A DNA stretch of 64,000 nt. Source: a virus. Every line of letters begins with the position of its first letter. The stretch's first letter is position 1. Shown here one piece after another: positions 31,564 to 40,745 of this stretch. The notes under the pieces were generated by a model. It was given only the letters and a program-made list of their open reading frames with translations, ran no database searches and was not told the DNA's origin. The position numbers and the translations under genes are program-made. The stretch is taken from positions 32,001 through 96,000 of IMG/VR virus record IMGVR_UViG_3300033998_000095. One strand, written 5' to 3'.

Positions 31564-32829
31564 CTACAAGTGGGAGATGAATTGCCAATTATTGTTATGA
31601 TTTATGAACTCTATATGCTTAAAACTAACTTGTTTATAAGATTTATTTGGTATAGTGATATAATTACCTTCTATATCTTGTATATATGCACCACCATTAG
31701 TAAAGCCTGTTATAAAACCAACTTTACCAAATACCTTCACTTTATCATTAAGATAAAAGCCATTTCTATATTTAGTGTTTTTACTGTTTCTTTTTTGAGT
31801 TCGATTTGGTTCTTTTCTACCTTTTCTTGGTATTGCTTCATGTAAACTACGCTTCTTTTTTCTAAATTGCTTTATTTTGAAGTAGTTGTCTGGATTATGC
31901 TTTATACTTTCTATTCCTGTTATAGCTATCGCATCATTATAATGAGTTTTTTCTAAGCCTAATTCTTTTCTTCTTATAGTTGTATAACTGCCATAGACTA
32001 TATTGGCTTCTGGGTATTTTTCAAAAACTCTACGTCTTATAATGTTCATTAATGGAGTTTCTTTATAACTTGGCATCTTTTTCTTTTCCATCATCCATTT
32101 GTAAAATATGCCACCTTCTTGATGATTTTTATGTGTATGACAATCTGTGCAAACTGTTATTAAATTACTTGGTCTATCTGTACCACCTTTAGACTTATAT
32201 ACTATGTGGTGAGTTTGCAAAATCTTGCCTTTCTTCTTACATACTTGACAAGTATAATTATCTCTTGCAAATACATAATATCTCACATCATAGTAACCAT
32301 AAGTTTCCCCTTGCTGGTATTCTACACCTTCTATGTCTGGATTCATCATTTTTTGAACATCAAATTTGCCTACTTCAATGCACAACTTAGGGCTTGGCAG
32401 TAAATTTATAAAGTTGTCTATCCATCTAAATGTATTATCAATTCTACTTTGAATTGAAGGTGGTAGCCAATCTTCTGGTCTCTTTCGGTTATTAAATCTA
32501 GGTTTTCTATATTTAGTTTTTCTATATCTCCTACTTCTACGATACTGCCTTCTTATATCTAAATTTTTCTTTACATCATTTCTTAGTTCAATTTCTCCTT
32601 TTATAAGAACTTTATCTTCACTTGTTACTGCTATTCCTATGTGTTTAGAGCCTAAATCTACACCTAAAGTTACAGGTTGTTTATAGCCACTACTTCCGTA
32701 TAAAAGCTGAATTGTAAAAGGTTTATAACTAATTATCTTAGCTTTCTTTTGTTGTAGTAATTTTCTAGCTTTACTAGGTTTACATGGCATTAAATTTTCA
32801 CCATGCTTATTTTTTACGAACACTAACAT
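31564..32829 (-). CDS. iscB: RNA-guided endonuclease IscB
   Basis: NLMP (PLMP domain), LGVDLGSK RuvC-I, RRSRR bridge helix, HNH (HHI...SNLITVCTDCH), HYNDA RuvC-III. Confidence 0.95.
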   Translation of the reverse strand: MLVFVKNKHGENLMPCKPSKARKLLQQKKAKIISYKPFTIQLLYGSSGYKQPVTLGVDLGSKHIGIAVTSEDKVLIKGEIELRNDVKKNLDIRRQYRRSRRYRKTKYRKPRFNNRKRPEDWLPPSIQSRIDNTFRWIDNFINLLPSPKLCIEVGKFDVQKMMNPDIEGVEYQQGETYGYYDVRYYVFARDNYTCQVCKKKGKILQTHHIVYKSKGGTDRPSNLITVCTDCHTHKNHQEGGIFYKWMMEKKKMPSYKETPLMNIIRRRVFEKYPEANIVYGSYTTIRRKELGLEKTHYNDAIAITGIESIKHNPDNYFKIKQFRKKKRSLHEAIPRKGRKEPNRTQKRNSKNTKYRNGFYLNDKVKVFGKVGFITGFTNGGAYIQDIEGNYITIPNKSYKQVSFKHIEFINHNNNWQFISHL

Positions 32830-32844
32830 AAAGTGCTCCTCCTT

Positions 32845-33065
32845 TCAGGAGTTGTTGCCCTTCGCCAATGTTATCTATCCTTACATGTGAAGCCGACTAT
32901 CCCTACCCCTTAGGATTGTTTACGTACTCCACGACAGAGCTTGGAACTAGGGCATCATTCCAATGTGTCATAAGATAGATAACGTAGCTTTCGCTTAGGC
33001 TAGTCAACTAGGGCTTACAAGCCCCCACTTCAAGCACCTATGGTGCTAAGTGGTGGGTAGTTGAC
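32845..33065 (-). ncRNA. omegaRNA (HEARO-like) scaffold
   Basis: GTCAACTACCC...GTTGACTAGCCTAAG...CTACGTT...AACATTGGCGAAGGG upstream of iscB; similar to the copy at 56319. Confidence 0.85.
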
Positions 33066-33099
33066 TTGAAGTGGGAGATACTGTTTTAGCTATTTATTA

Positions 33100-33480
33100 T
33101 TATTCTGTTTTCTCTGTAGTAGTTTGCTGAGATTCAGCAACGTGTTCAGTATATCCAGGTATATCTTTTACACTATCAGCTATTGGTACGCACATAATGA
33201 ATTCATCATCACTAATAAATTCTAGATTTTCCAACTTTACCATAAAATACTTAGCTAACTCATTAGATCTAATACCAGTTACAGTTTCAAATGCAACCAT
33301 CTTTATATCATCGATACTTCTAAATGCATTTGGTACTAATACCTTAAAAGAAGAACCATGTCTAGATATCAACGATACAACTGCAGATACATGGTCATTG
33401 TCTGCTCCTTCTGTAAAAGCACTATCTTTACATGAAATATTGATTGTTACTAATATAGAACTTGCACCTTGATATTTCAT
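33100..33480 (-). CDS. Hypothetical protein
   Basis: 126-aa ORF with AGGAGGT SD and promoter. Confidence 0.7.
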   Translation of the reverse strand: MKYQGASSILVTINISCKDSAFTEGADNDHVSAVVSLISRHGSSFKVLVPNAFRSIDDIKMVAFETVTGIRSNELAKYFMVKLENLEFISDDEFIMCVPIADSVKDIPGYTEHVAESQQTTTEKTE

Positions 33481-33524
33481 TTTAATACCTCCTGTAGTTT
33501 ATGATAGGTATCTCTATCAGTATC

Positions 33525-33553
33525 ATTCTACCAAGTAAGATAATAACTGTCAA
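33525..33553 (-). promoter_or_regulatory. sigma70-type promoter
   Basis: TTGACA-N17-TAGAAT with extended -10 TG. Confidence 0.75.
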
Positions 33554-33660
33554 GTCTATTTTTTTAGAAATATTCAGTGGTTAGAAGTCCGCTACGCAGC
33601 CCTCTAACCACTGATGAGAAGATACTATAATCCTATCTGATGATGAGTAATACCTAGTAT

Positions 33661-33689
33661 ATAATAACATATATTATAAACAATGTCAA
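33661..33689 (-). promoter_or_regulatory. sigma70-type promoter
   Basis: TTGACA-N17-TATTAT with extended -10 TG. Confidence 0.6.
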
Positions 33690-33694
33690 ATAAT

Positions 33695-34261
33695 CTATGG
33701 TACTAAAGTTACATATGATATAGCTGCCATTATAATGGAAAATGCAACACTGATAACAGTTAATACCAGTTTATTATGATGTTTAAGCTCTTCAATATCA
33801 GATGTTATTTTCATTATTTTGTCATATAATGGACTACCTACTTGAAAGACAGATTCTAATATATCTTGAGTATATTTATTTTGTAATATATCTTTTTCAT
33901 TACGCCATGTCTTAAGTTGCTCTATCATTTCTTTATTATCTTCAAACATTTTTTTAATTTCAAGTAGCATATTCTTCTCATTATCAGATATAGTATTTAT
34001 TTTCTTTTCCAATAATACATCTAAAGTTTTAATACATTCATCAATTTTTTCTGATATAACTTCTCTATTTTTCATGATAATATCATAAAGTTGTGATCGA
34101 GAGGGTGGTGCAGTTACATATGTTAATAACTCATTTATTGATTTGGTAAGTTCTTTAATGGCTTCAAGGTTGTCTTCCTGAGGTTTGATGATAGTAGCTA
34201 GTATAGTCTCAACAAACTTAGCTGGTATATATTCATCTTGTGCCACGTTATGCACCACCAT
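33695..34261 (-). CDS. Coiled-coil protein with C-terminal transmembrane anchor
   Basis: Heptad-rich body, terminal LVLTVISVAFSIIMAAISYV; overlaps the PAS gene. Confidence 0.65.
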   Translation of the reverse strand: MVVHNVAQDEYIPAKFVETILATIIKPQEDNLEAIKELTKSINELLTYVTAPPSRSQLYDIIMKNREVISEKIDECIKTLDVLLEKKINTISDNEKNMLLEIKKMFEDNKEMIEQLKTWRNEKDILQNKYTQDILESVFQVGSPLYDKIMKITSDIEELKHHNKLVLTVISVAFSIIMAAISYVTLVP

Positions 34262-35696
34262 TTCTTGTTTTTATAGCTGAAAGTTTTTCCTTCATCTTGG
34301 TAAATTCTCTTTTCATATCAGCATAAGTTTTACCATTATTTATAAAATACTGGTTAGTAATAAGTTCTACATCTTTTTTAATTTTTTCAAATTCTCTTAT
34401 TTGTTCTGTTATATCTGTACCTATAGAAATAATACCAATTATGTCTTTATTAAAAAGTAATGGTGCATGTGTAAAACTGTACCAGTCATTACTATTAGTT
34501 TTAATTGTGTGTTCTATTGGTTTTCTATGTTCAAGTATTAATTTATCTATACGATACAATGCATCTACAAATTCTTTGTTATTTGCAAATATATCTTTGT
34601 AATGCTGTCCTATAATATCCATGTAAGTTAACTTAGATGTGACCAATGAGGATTCTACTAATTGTTTATTTGAGTATATTATAATACCTGTTTTGTCGTG
34701 TACAAATAATAAGTTTGGTATTTGATCTGTAATAATCTTGAGGAGAGTATCCATTTTATAAAGCTCTTTTTGGAGGGCTATATATTCTGTTAGGTTTACA
34801 GCATGACCTATTATTCCTTCTGCATTAATACCATCACTGCTAAGTATTGGTGCTTTATAGACACTATATGTTTCATATTTGTTTTTATTATATCCAGATT
34901 CAACATAATTAACAGATTCTTTATTTTGAATTACTTGTTTATCTGTTTCATTAACAGTATCTGGTTTAAAGTTCTGGAGTTTATATTTCAAAAGTTTTGT
35001 ATTATAAAAGTAATCATATGTTTTGTTAAGTACATCTTCACTATCTTGGGCGTCTAAAAATTCCATTACTTTTTCGTTTATATATGTATATTTACCATTA
35101 GCATCTTTTGTCCAAAGATAATCAGGTATAATATCTTGGATGGCCCTAATAAATCTGCTTTTCTGTATAACTGTGCTTAAATATAATATTTTAAAAACAG
35201 CAGAAGATATTAATCCTGCAAATAACGCTAATGTATCAAAAAATATATCAGGCATATTGTTATTAATCTTTATAATTAATAAGGCAGTAGGTATATTAGT
35301 ATACAATATTGGGGCTATAAATAGTTTATTATTATCATCTAATGTTTGAATAGTATATTGATCATCTTTAATAGATTCAGAATTAAATAGGTTAATTATA
35401 TCATTCTGAGAAATATAATCTTCTGGAATTGGAATTTCTAACTCCTTTAATAACATAGATGGATATATAACACTTTTATCTATTGGGTCGATAATAGAAG
35501 TATTATTAAATACCAACCATATATTTTCAATATTTTCCACCATTTGTTTTAATTCATTAAATATATATAGTATATTATTTTTTAGATTAGTGATCACTGT
35601 CTCTTTAACAAAAGTTGTACTATACTTGGAAATAAGATAAAGTAATCGTATTGTTGGTACATTATTGATAAAATCATTATCGTTAATCTTACACAT
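34248..35696 (-). CDS. GAF-like plus tandem PAS domain protein
   Basis: IPDYLWTKDANGKYTYIN...KAPI...GIIG and IPNLLFVHDKTGIIIYSN...IIGIISIGTDITE; N-terminal IAPILY...ALLII GAF-like strands. Confidence 0.8.
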   Translation of the reverse strand: MCKINDNDFINNVPTIRLLYLISKYSTTFVKETVITNLKNNILYIFNELKQMVENIENIWLVFNNTSIIDPIDKSVIYPSMLLKELEIPIPEDYISQNDIINLFNSESIKDDQYTIQTLDDNNKLFIAPILYTNIPTALLIIKINNNMPDIFFDTLALFAGLISSAVFKILYLSTVIQKSRFIRAIQDIIPDYLWTKDANGKYTYINEKVMEFLDAQDSEDVLNKTYDYFYNTKLLKYKLQNFKPDTVNETDKQVIQNKESVNYVESGYNKNKYETYSVYKAPILSSDGINAEGIIGHAVNLTEYIALQKELYKMDTLLKIITDQIPNLLFVHDKTGIIIYSNKQLVESSLVTSKLTYMDIIGQHYKDIFANNKEFVDALYRIDKLILEHRKPIEHTIKTNSNDWYSFTHAPLLFNKDIIGIISIGTDITEQIREFEKIKKDVELITNQYFINNGKTYADMKREFTKMKEKLSAIKTRNGGA

Positions 35697-35762
35697 TTAT
35701 ATAACCCTCCATTTTATATCTCTAACTAGATAATAAGGTAAGAATAGTAACTTATATACTTA

Positions 35763-36128
35763 TTACATATTTTGTTCTGATCTTTTATATTTGTTTCGAA
35801 TAATAATAAGATTGGGTTTAAATACTAGTGATTCACATTGTTGTAACATTTTGTTGAAAGTATATAATTTATCTAACATATCTAAACTAATATTGCTGCA
35901 TCGAAAAACAATAGTAAATTGCTTATTTGGCCTGGCCATAATAACTCTAACAGTTTCAGCATATGGGTCAATAATTGAGCATATGTTGTTTATTACATTT
36001 ACTATTGAATCATAACTTATATTATTTTCTAAACATAAGATGATAAGTTGATTAAACGTATCATCATCAATATTAGCTTGGATACAATCATCAGGTAATA
36101 ACATGTACTTCCTCTGTGCAGTAATCAT
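35763..36128 (-). CDS. Hypothetical protein
   Basis: 121-aa ORF with AGGAGG upstream and a promoter. Confidence 0.6.
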   Translation of the reverse strand: MITAQRKYMLLPDDCIQANIDDDTFNQLIILCLENNISYDSIVNVINNICSIIDPYAETVRVIMARPNKQFTIVFRCSNISLDMLDKLYTFNKMLQQCESLVFKPNLIIIRNKYKRSEQNM

Positions 36129-36183
36129 AGTAAATTCAGTTTTAACCTCCTAAAGATATGTGAAGATATATTACATTAAAATA

Positions 36184-36212
36184 ATTATATTATACAAATT
36201 TATACATGTCAA
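36184..36212 (-). promoter_or_regulatory. Consensus sigma70-type promoter (leftward)
   Basis: TTGACA-N17-TATAAT. Confidence 0.8.
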
Positions 36213-37200
36213 CCTAGTTAAATCAAACTAAGTTAACATTGTATTTGCCAATAATTATAAACTTGAGTTTATTTTGAACTAATATTAAAATAAACTAATT
36301 GGTGTAAGAAAGTTTACTAGTATATATTTTATGGTTATAATTAAAGAGTACTGTGCTTGTTTAAACTAATGTATCAAATTAATGTGAAAATTATATTATA
36401 TATCAAAATTATTTTATATAATATAAAAATATATAACCTAGAAATTTTATATTATATATAATCTTTTGAGTAAAAATGAGTGAAAATCATAAATAATATA
36501 AATTTTCTTGGTGGTGAAATTATAAAAACATTGATGCTAACTGGTGTCTCCCAAATTTGAATTTTATATTATATACGTAAACGTAAATTAGAAATTTATA
36601 TAATATAAAATATTTGATATGTTAAATATAAATAATATAAATTTCCAGAACAAATGATTTTATATAATATATATTTTACCTGGCGATAATACTTTAACTT
36701 GCAGAATTGGGTCATACCTACTTTGTGAAAACAATAGCTTGCCTATATATTTATAATATTATAATATATTATATAACCTGAGTATATTAAAATAAAATAT
36801 TATAAATACTAGTATTTTATACATAGCTAGATAATATAATAATATTAAATACTAGTACTAGATACTAGTATTATTATTATAATATTAATATTAAAATACT
36901 AAATCTAATAATTTTATTATTTTTATAACACACACACCCTAACTCTCTTTACAGAGTTAGGGTGTGTGTTATAATTATTATAATATTACTAGTGTCTAAA
37001 TATATTAATATTAATATTATATTATTATTTTAATACTAATACTAATTCTTGTATTAATAATATTATTTTTAAATATACTATTCCCTAATAACTCTTTAAT
37101 ATATTTAATATATCGAGTGGGTGGGCTAATATCAACACCAGTTATAGGTCTAGAGACCTAATTTTGCATAAAATTAAAACACTAAAATTAAAACACACTG
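36213..37200. other. Candidate replication origin: extremely AT-rich non-coding region at the strand switch
   Basis: No ORF in the track; divergent gene orientation; repeated TACTAGTA; central palindrome. Confidence 0.5.
36923..36974. repeat. Long inverted repeat (possible cruciform)
   Basis: TTATAAC(AC)ACACACCCTAACTCT-CTTTAC-AGAGTTAGGGTGTGTGTTATAA. Confidence 0.9.
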
Positions 37201-37300
37201 TTGACAATTCCAAGATAAAAGGCTATGCTTTAGTAGCATCAGACCTGGTTTACAAATCTCCAAAAGGGTATTGACAGAATTAAACCAGCTGGTGTAGAAT
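37201..37300 (+). promoter_or_regulatory. Tandem sigma70-type promoters (rightward)
   Basis: TTGACA-N17-TATGCT (37201-37229) and TTGACA-N18-TAGAAT (37271-37300). Confidence 0.75.
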
Positions 37301-37397
37301 TAAAATATCCTTGGCCAGGGGATAAGCAGTAGCACCACAAGCAGTAAAGCAAAAGCAACAAAAATTCTAAACACGAAGGAGGACATCAATCACAATC

Positions 37398-39707
37398 ATG
37401 ATAAATCAAAGATTTAGCCCAGATAAGAATGCAGTGGAGGAGGAACTGATAGAGGAGTGGATGCCTGTTGAAGGCAGCAGATGTGATTTTCAGTCTTCAA
37501 CTAGGAGTTTAAAGTATTACATTGAGCACGTGATTCTTCTCAAGAAAGGCAGATACACTGGTACCATTGCTGAGTACAAGCCATTTTTCCACATGTTCAT
37601 GTTCACGATAGACAATGTGAAATTCAATGTGTACATCCCAATTGAGCATGCAGTAACCTTTGCAACAATGCTGAAGTACGTCATATCCAACAGCACAATC
37701 AACAAAGTTTTTGCATCATCAGTTACACAAGGTTGGACCATTGCACAAGATCAAAGAGATAAATCAATCATCAGGAAAGCATTTAACAAAAAAGTCATAC
37801 TTGAAGTTATGCCATACATTGAGCCAGTCAGGAAGATACCTGCTTTCCTGTTCAAGTGGACAAATGGGACAACCACTTTTGACATGGTCACCACAGCAGG
37901 TGAGATTTCAATCCTGATAGAGAGACTCAATGGATTCATCAACAACGCACCAGTATACAATGCTTTAATTAAGCAAGAGATTAGAGACAGCTACCTTGAA
38001 ACTAAGCTTGAAAAGCTTGACAGCCTATATGCTATGCTACTTGAAAACAGCAAAAAAGTTGACGAACAGAGTAATAGGCTTGACAATTTCACATCCAACA
38101 TCAAACAGGAGATATCAACAGCATTCAGTGCAGCAGTTGGTTCGCTGATGGCTTATTTTATTAACACACAAAACCATTCAAATGCTTTGATTAGTCAAAC
38201 TAATACATTAACAGGAGTGCTCACTGAAAATACAATTGGCACTATCCATGACAGTGAAAAAAATACAGAGACTGAAAGTGAGCATGATAATATTCCAGTT
38301 GAAGTTGAAATAGATACTGAGCAGTCATATGTTGACGCTAGTGAGATTAAAGAAACTCAGACAAATGAAGCTGGTGATGATGATCTAATTTCAACAGAGT
38401 TTTTATCTGATGAAGAGATAGAACGTGAAATACAAACAATGGATAAAGATGCCTTTTTGGCTGATTTGCTCAAAGATGAGTTTAATGTTATTGGCGTAAG
38501 CAATAGTGATGTAACCAAAGAGGACATCAAATCAATTGCACAAATTGAACGTGAAGAGCTAGACAAAAATGATAAAGGACTTCATGACGATTTAGCTAAA
38601 AAGATATCTCTAGTTAAAAATAAACCAGTTGTTGAAAATGTCCATAATTTTGAGAAGGAGATACCCTTGACAGAAGTATATCCTAAGCCCTTAATTGAAT
38701 TGCTTACTCCAGAATTAAGTGATGCTAATGTTCCTCATTCAACATTTCCTGAGGAGGTCAAAGAGTATTATTCAAGAATCAATCTTAAGAAAATCATTGA
38801 GACTATAACCAAGGAACGTCCTAGATTAATTGATGATTCACTCTTATGCAACATGCTTGGCAATGTTTTCACCAAGAGAAATTTATCAGCAATGATGATT
38901 AATAGAGGAAACGTTGGTATACCTGCAACATCAGTACTTTATACTGCATCTTTGTTTGCAGCTGGTTATGAAGAAATGTATATGACCAAAGATAAAGATG
39001 AACGTAAACAAATTGCGTTTAAATATGGTCGCCTTGCTATGAAATCATTTCTGGAACTATATTCCAATAAAGCAGATACATCTATTGCTTCAAAGTATCA
39101 TAAAGCACTATGTGAAGATATATTTAAAGAGCAAGATGAGAAATATGTGTGGAGATTGTTTGTATTAGATAAGATGCTGGCTAAAGATAAATATGATTAT
39201 AGCTATATTGACTTATCCCTTTCAACTTTAAAACCACAAGAGAAATACTGTCTTGTAAAAGCATTGACTGATATATATTTGCTGTTATGGTACTCTGAGG
39301 CTAAGCATATTGCCATTGGAAGTAACACACCAGGCTTAAATATGGTAGATGCATTTACTTTGATAAATAAACCCATGTACAGATTCACCAGAATGCTAAT
39401 TGTAAATATAATAGCTAGTGCTACAACTAATGAAGAACGTAATACATTAAAATTAGCAGTGAGTGAATCAGTAGTGGCATTTGTTAAAGTATTAAAAGTA
39501 CTTAATTGGGATTTGGATGTATATAAAGATGCTGTTATAACATTACTGGGTTCTATATCCTATATTAATCAATCTGATATTAAAAATAGACCAGTTGATT
39601 CAGATGGATTCATTGAAGGTACACCTATATATGCTGGAATACCTTATGGTGATATATACTCTATTATTAAATCAACATGTGATAAGATCAAAGAGAGGTC
39701 TAGTTAA
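37398..39707 (+). CDS. Large hypothetical protein, probably early-expressed
   Basis: 769 aa, AAGGAGGA SD, tandem promoters, acidic linker. Confidence 0.75.
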   Translation: MINQRFSPDKNAVEEELIEEWMPVEGSRCDFQSSTRSLKYYIEHVILLKKGRYTGTIAEYKPFFHMFMFTIDNVKFNVYIPIEHAVTFATMLKYVISNSTINKVFASSVTQGWTIAQDQRDKSIIRKAFNKKVILEVMPYIEPVRKIPAFLFKWTNGTTTFDMVTTAGEISILIERLNGFINNAPVYNALIKQEIRDSYLETKLEKLDSLYAMLLENSKKVDEQSNRLDNFTSNIKQEISTAFSAAVGSLMAYFINTQNHSNALISQTNTLTGVLTENTIGTIHDSEKNTETESEHDNIPVEVEIDTEQSYVDASEIKETQTNEAGDDDLISTEFLSDEEIEREIQTMDKDAFLADLLKDEFNVIGVSNSDVTKEDIKSIAQIEREELDKNDKGLHDDLAKKISLVKNKPVVENVHNFEKEIPLTEVYPKPLIELLTPELSDANVPHSTFPEEVKEYYSRINLKKIIETITKERPRLIDDSLLCNMLGNVFTKRNLSAMMINRGNVGIPATSVLYTASLFAAGYEEMYMTKDKDERKQIAFKYGRLAMKSFLELYSNKADTSIASKYHKALCEDIFKEQDEKYVWRLFVLDKMLAKDKYDYSYIDLSLSTLKPQEKYCLVKALTDIYLLLWYSEAKHIAIGSNTPGLNMVDAFTLINKPMYRFTRMLIVNIIASATTNEERNTLKLAVSESVVAFVKVLKVLNWDLDVYKDAVITLLGSISYINQSDIKNRPVDSDGFIEGTPIYAGIPYGDIYSIIKSTCDKIKERSS

Positions 39708-39709
39708 CA

Positions 39710-40660
39710 ATGTTAAAGGAACTTATAGAATTATGGAAGAGGACTGTTATATTCACAGATAATAAAATACAATTAAGTGCCTATATCTTTGCGCCTGTTA
39801 TAAAAGAACTTATAGATTATCTTTACATTAAAGATACCAGAAAGATGTATGATAAACTGTTTGAATTAGAAAAGGACAGCATCATTGATGAGTTTAGATT
39901 TGCAGAAAGCACAACAAGAGAAGATTATTTGGATTACGATAGAGACATTAAAAATATGCTTCTTGAAATTGATTGGGAACAGGTATTGTTGTTTATAGTT
40001 GATCATTTAGATGAGTTTAAAGAAGTACTTGATAGTAATACATATAGTATATTAATTAACAAAAAAAGAATATTGGGAAAAGTAAGCAACTATAAGGAAA
40101 GCAATAAAACACCAGAACAAATAAATAGGATTAATGTTTTTCTATTAAAGGTATCAGAATATTTACCTAAGAACCATTGGTTGATATATATCCTCAAAAA
40201 CCATTGGATGGGTTCTGTATTTGATTGTTTAAACAGTATTCTAATAAGTTTTGTCAAATTAAATAGTTTGATTATAGATGTTATTGATGAAGTATCCAAT
40301 CTGTTATATGAACTTGATAATAGAACTAAATTATCATCATCTAACTTACTAATATTATTAAGAAACGCATCAAAATATTATGATAAATATGCATTGGATA
40401 TAATGGATATGCTGATTGATGGAAAGACTATAAGATATATATCTAAGATATTGGAAGAAAAAGGATTAAATACCAAAGAACGTCTATTATTAACAGATGC
40501 TGTATTATGGATAATAACAGCAGGTAGTCTTAAATCACTAAATAATGAGAAAGATAAAGATGACAATATAATTCAATTATTGAAAGTATATTATGAAAAC
40601 TTTGTTTATCCTTCTGGTAAGAGGATGTTAATTGATTATCCAATAGATTTGTCTCCTTAA
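39710..40660 (+). CDS. Hypothetical protein
   Basis: 316-aa ORF coupled to the upstream gene. Confidence 0.65.
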   Translation: MLKELIELWKRTVIFTDNKIQLSAYIFAPVIKELIDYLYIKDTRKMYDKLFELEKDSIIDEFRFAESTTREDYLDYDRDIKNMLLEIDWEQVLLFIVDHLDEFKEVLDSNTYSILINKKRILGKVSNYKESNKTPEQINRINVFLLKVSEYLPKNHWLIYILKNHWMGSVFDCLNSILISFVKLNSLIIDVIDEVSNLLYELDNRTKLSSSNLLILLRNASKYYDKYALDIMDMLIDGKTIRYISKILEEKGLNTKERLLLTDAVLWIITAGSLKSLNNEKDKDDNIIQLLKVYYENFVYPSGKRMLIDYPIDLSP

Positions 40661-40745
40661 AATCTTTTATGTAATGGAAATGTATTTCCACTAGAATAAT
40701 CACTAGTTATATTTTGTAATATGGTATAAGGAAAGGTAGATTAAT

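Larger units (their letters stand above)
31532..33065 (-). mobile_element. IS200/IS605-family IscB element (no tnpA)
   Basis: Ends GTCAACTACCC... and ...CTCCCACTTGTAGAAGATGGGAG...TTAGTTAA; encloses omegaRNA and iscB. Confidence 0.88.

Noticed and set aside
31564-32829. Cas9 or a CRISPR-Cas locus
   Set aside because: About 420-440 aa with a PLMP domain and omegaRNA, no REC lobe and no array, so these are IscB.
33565-33650. Hammerhead ribozyme (CTGATGAG after a stem)
   Set aside because: No correctly placed stem II-GAAA, stem III or NUH cleavage triplet.
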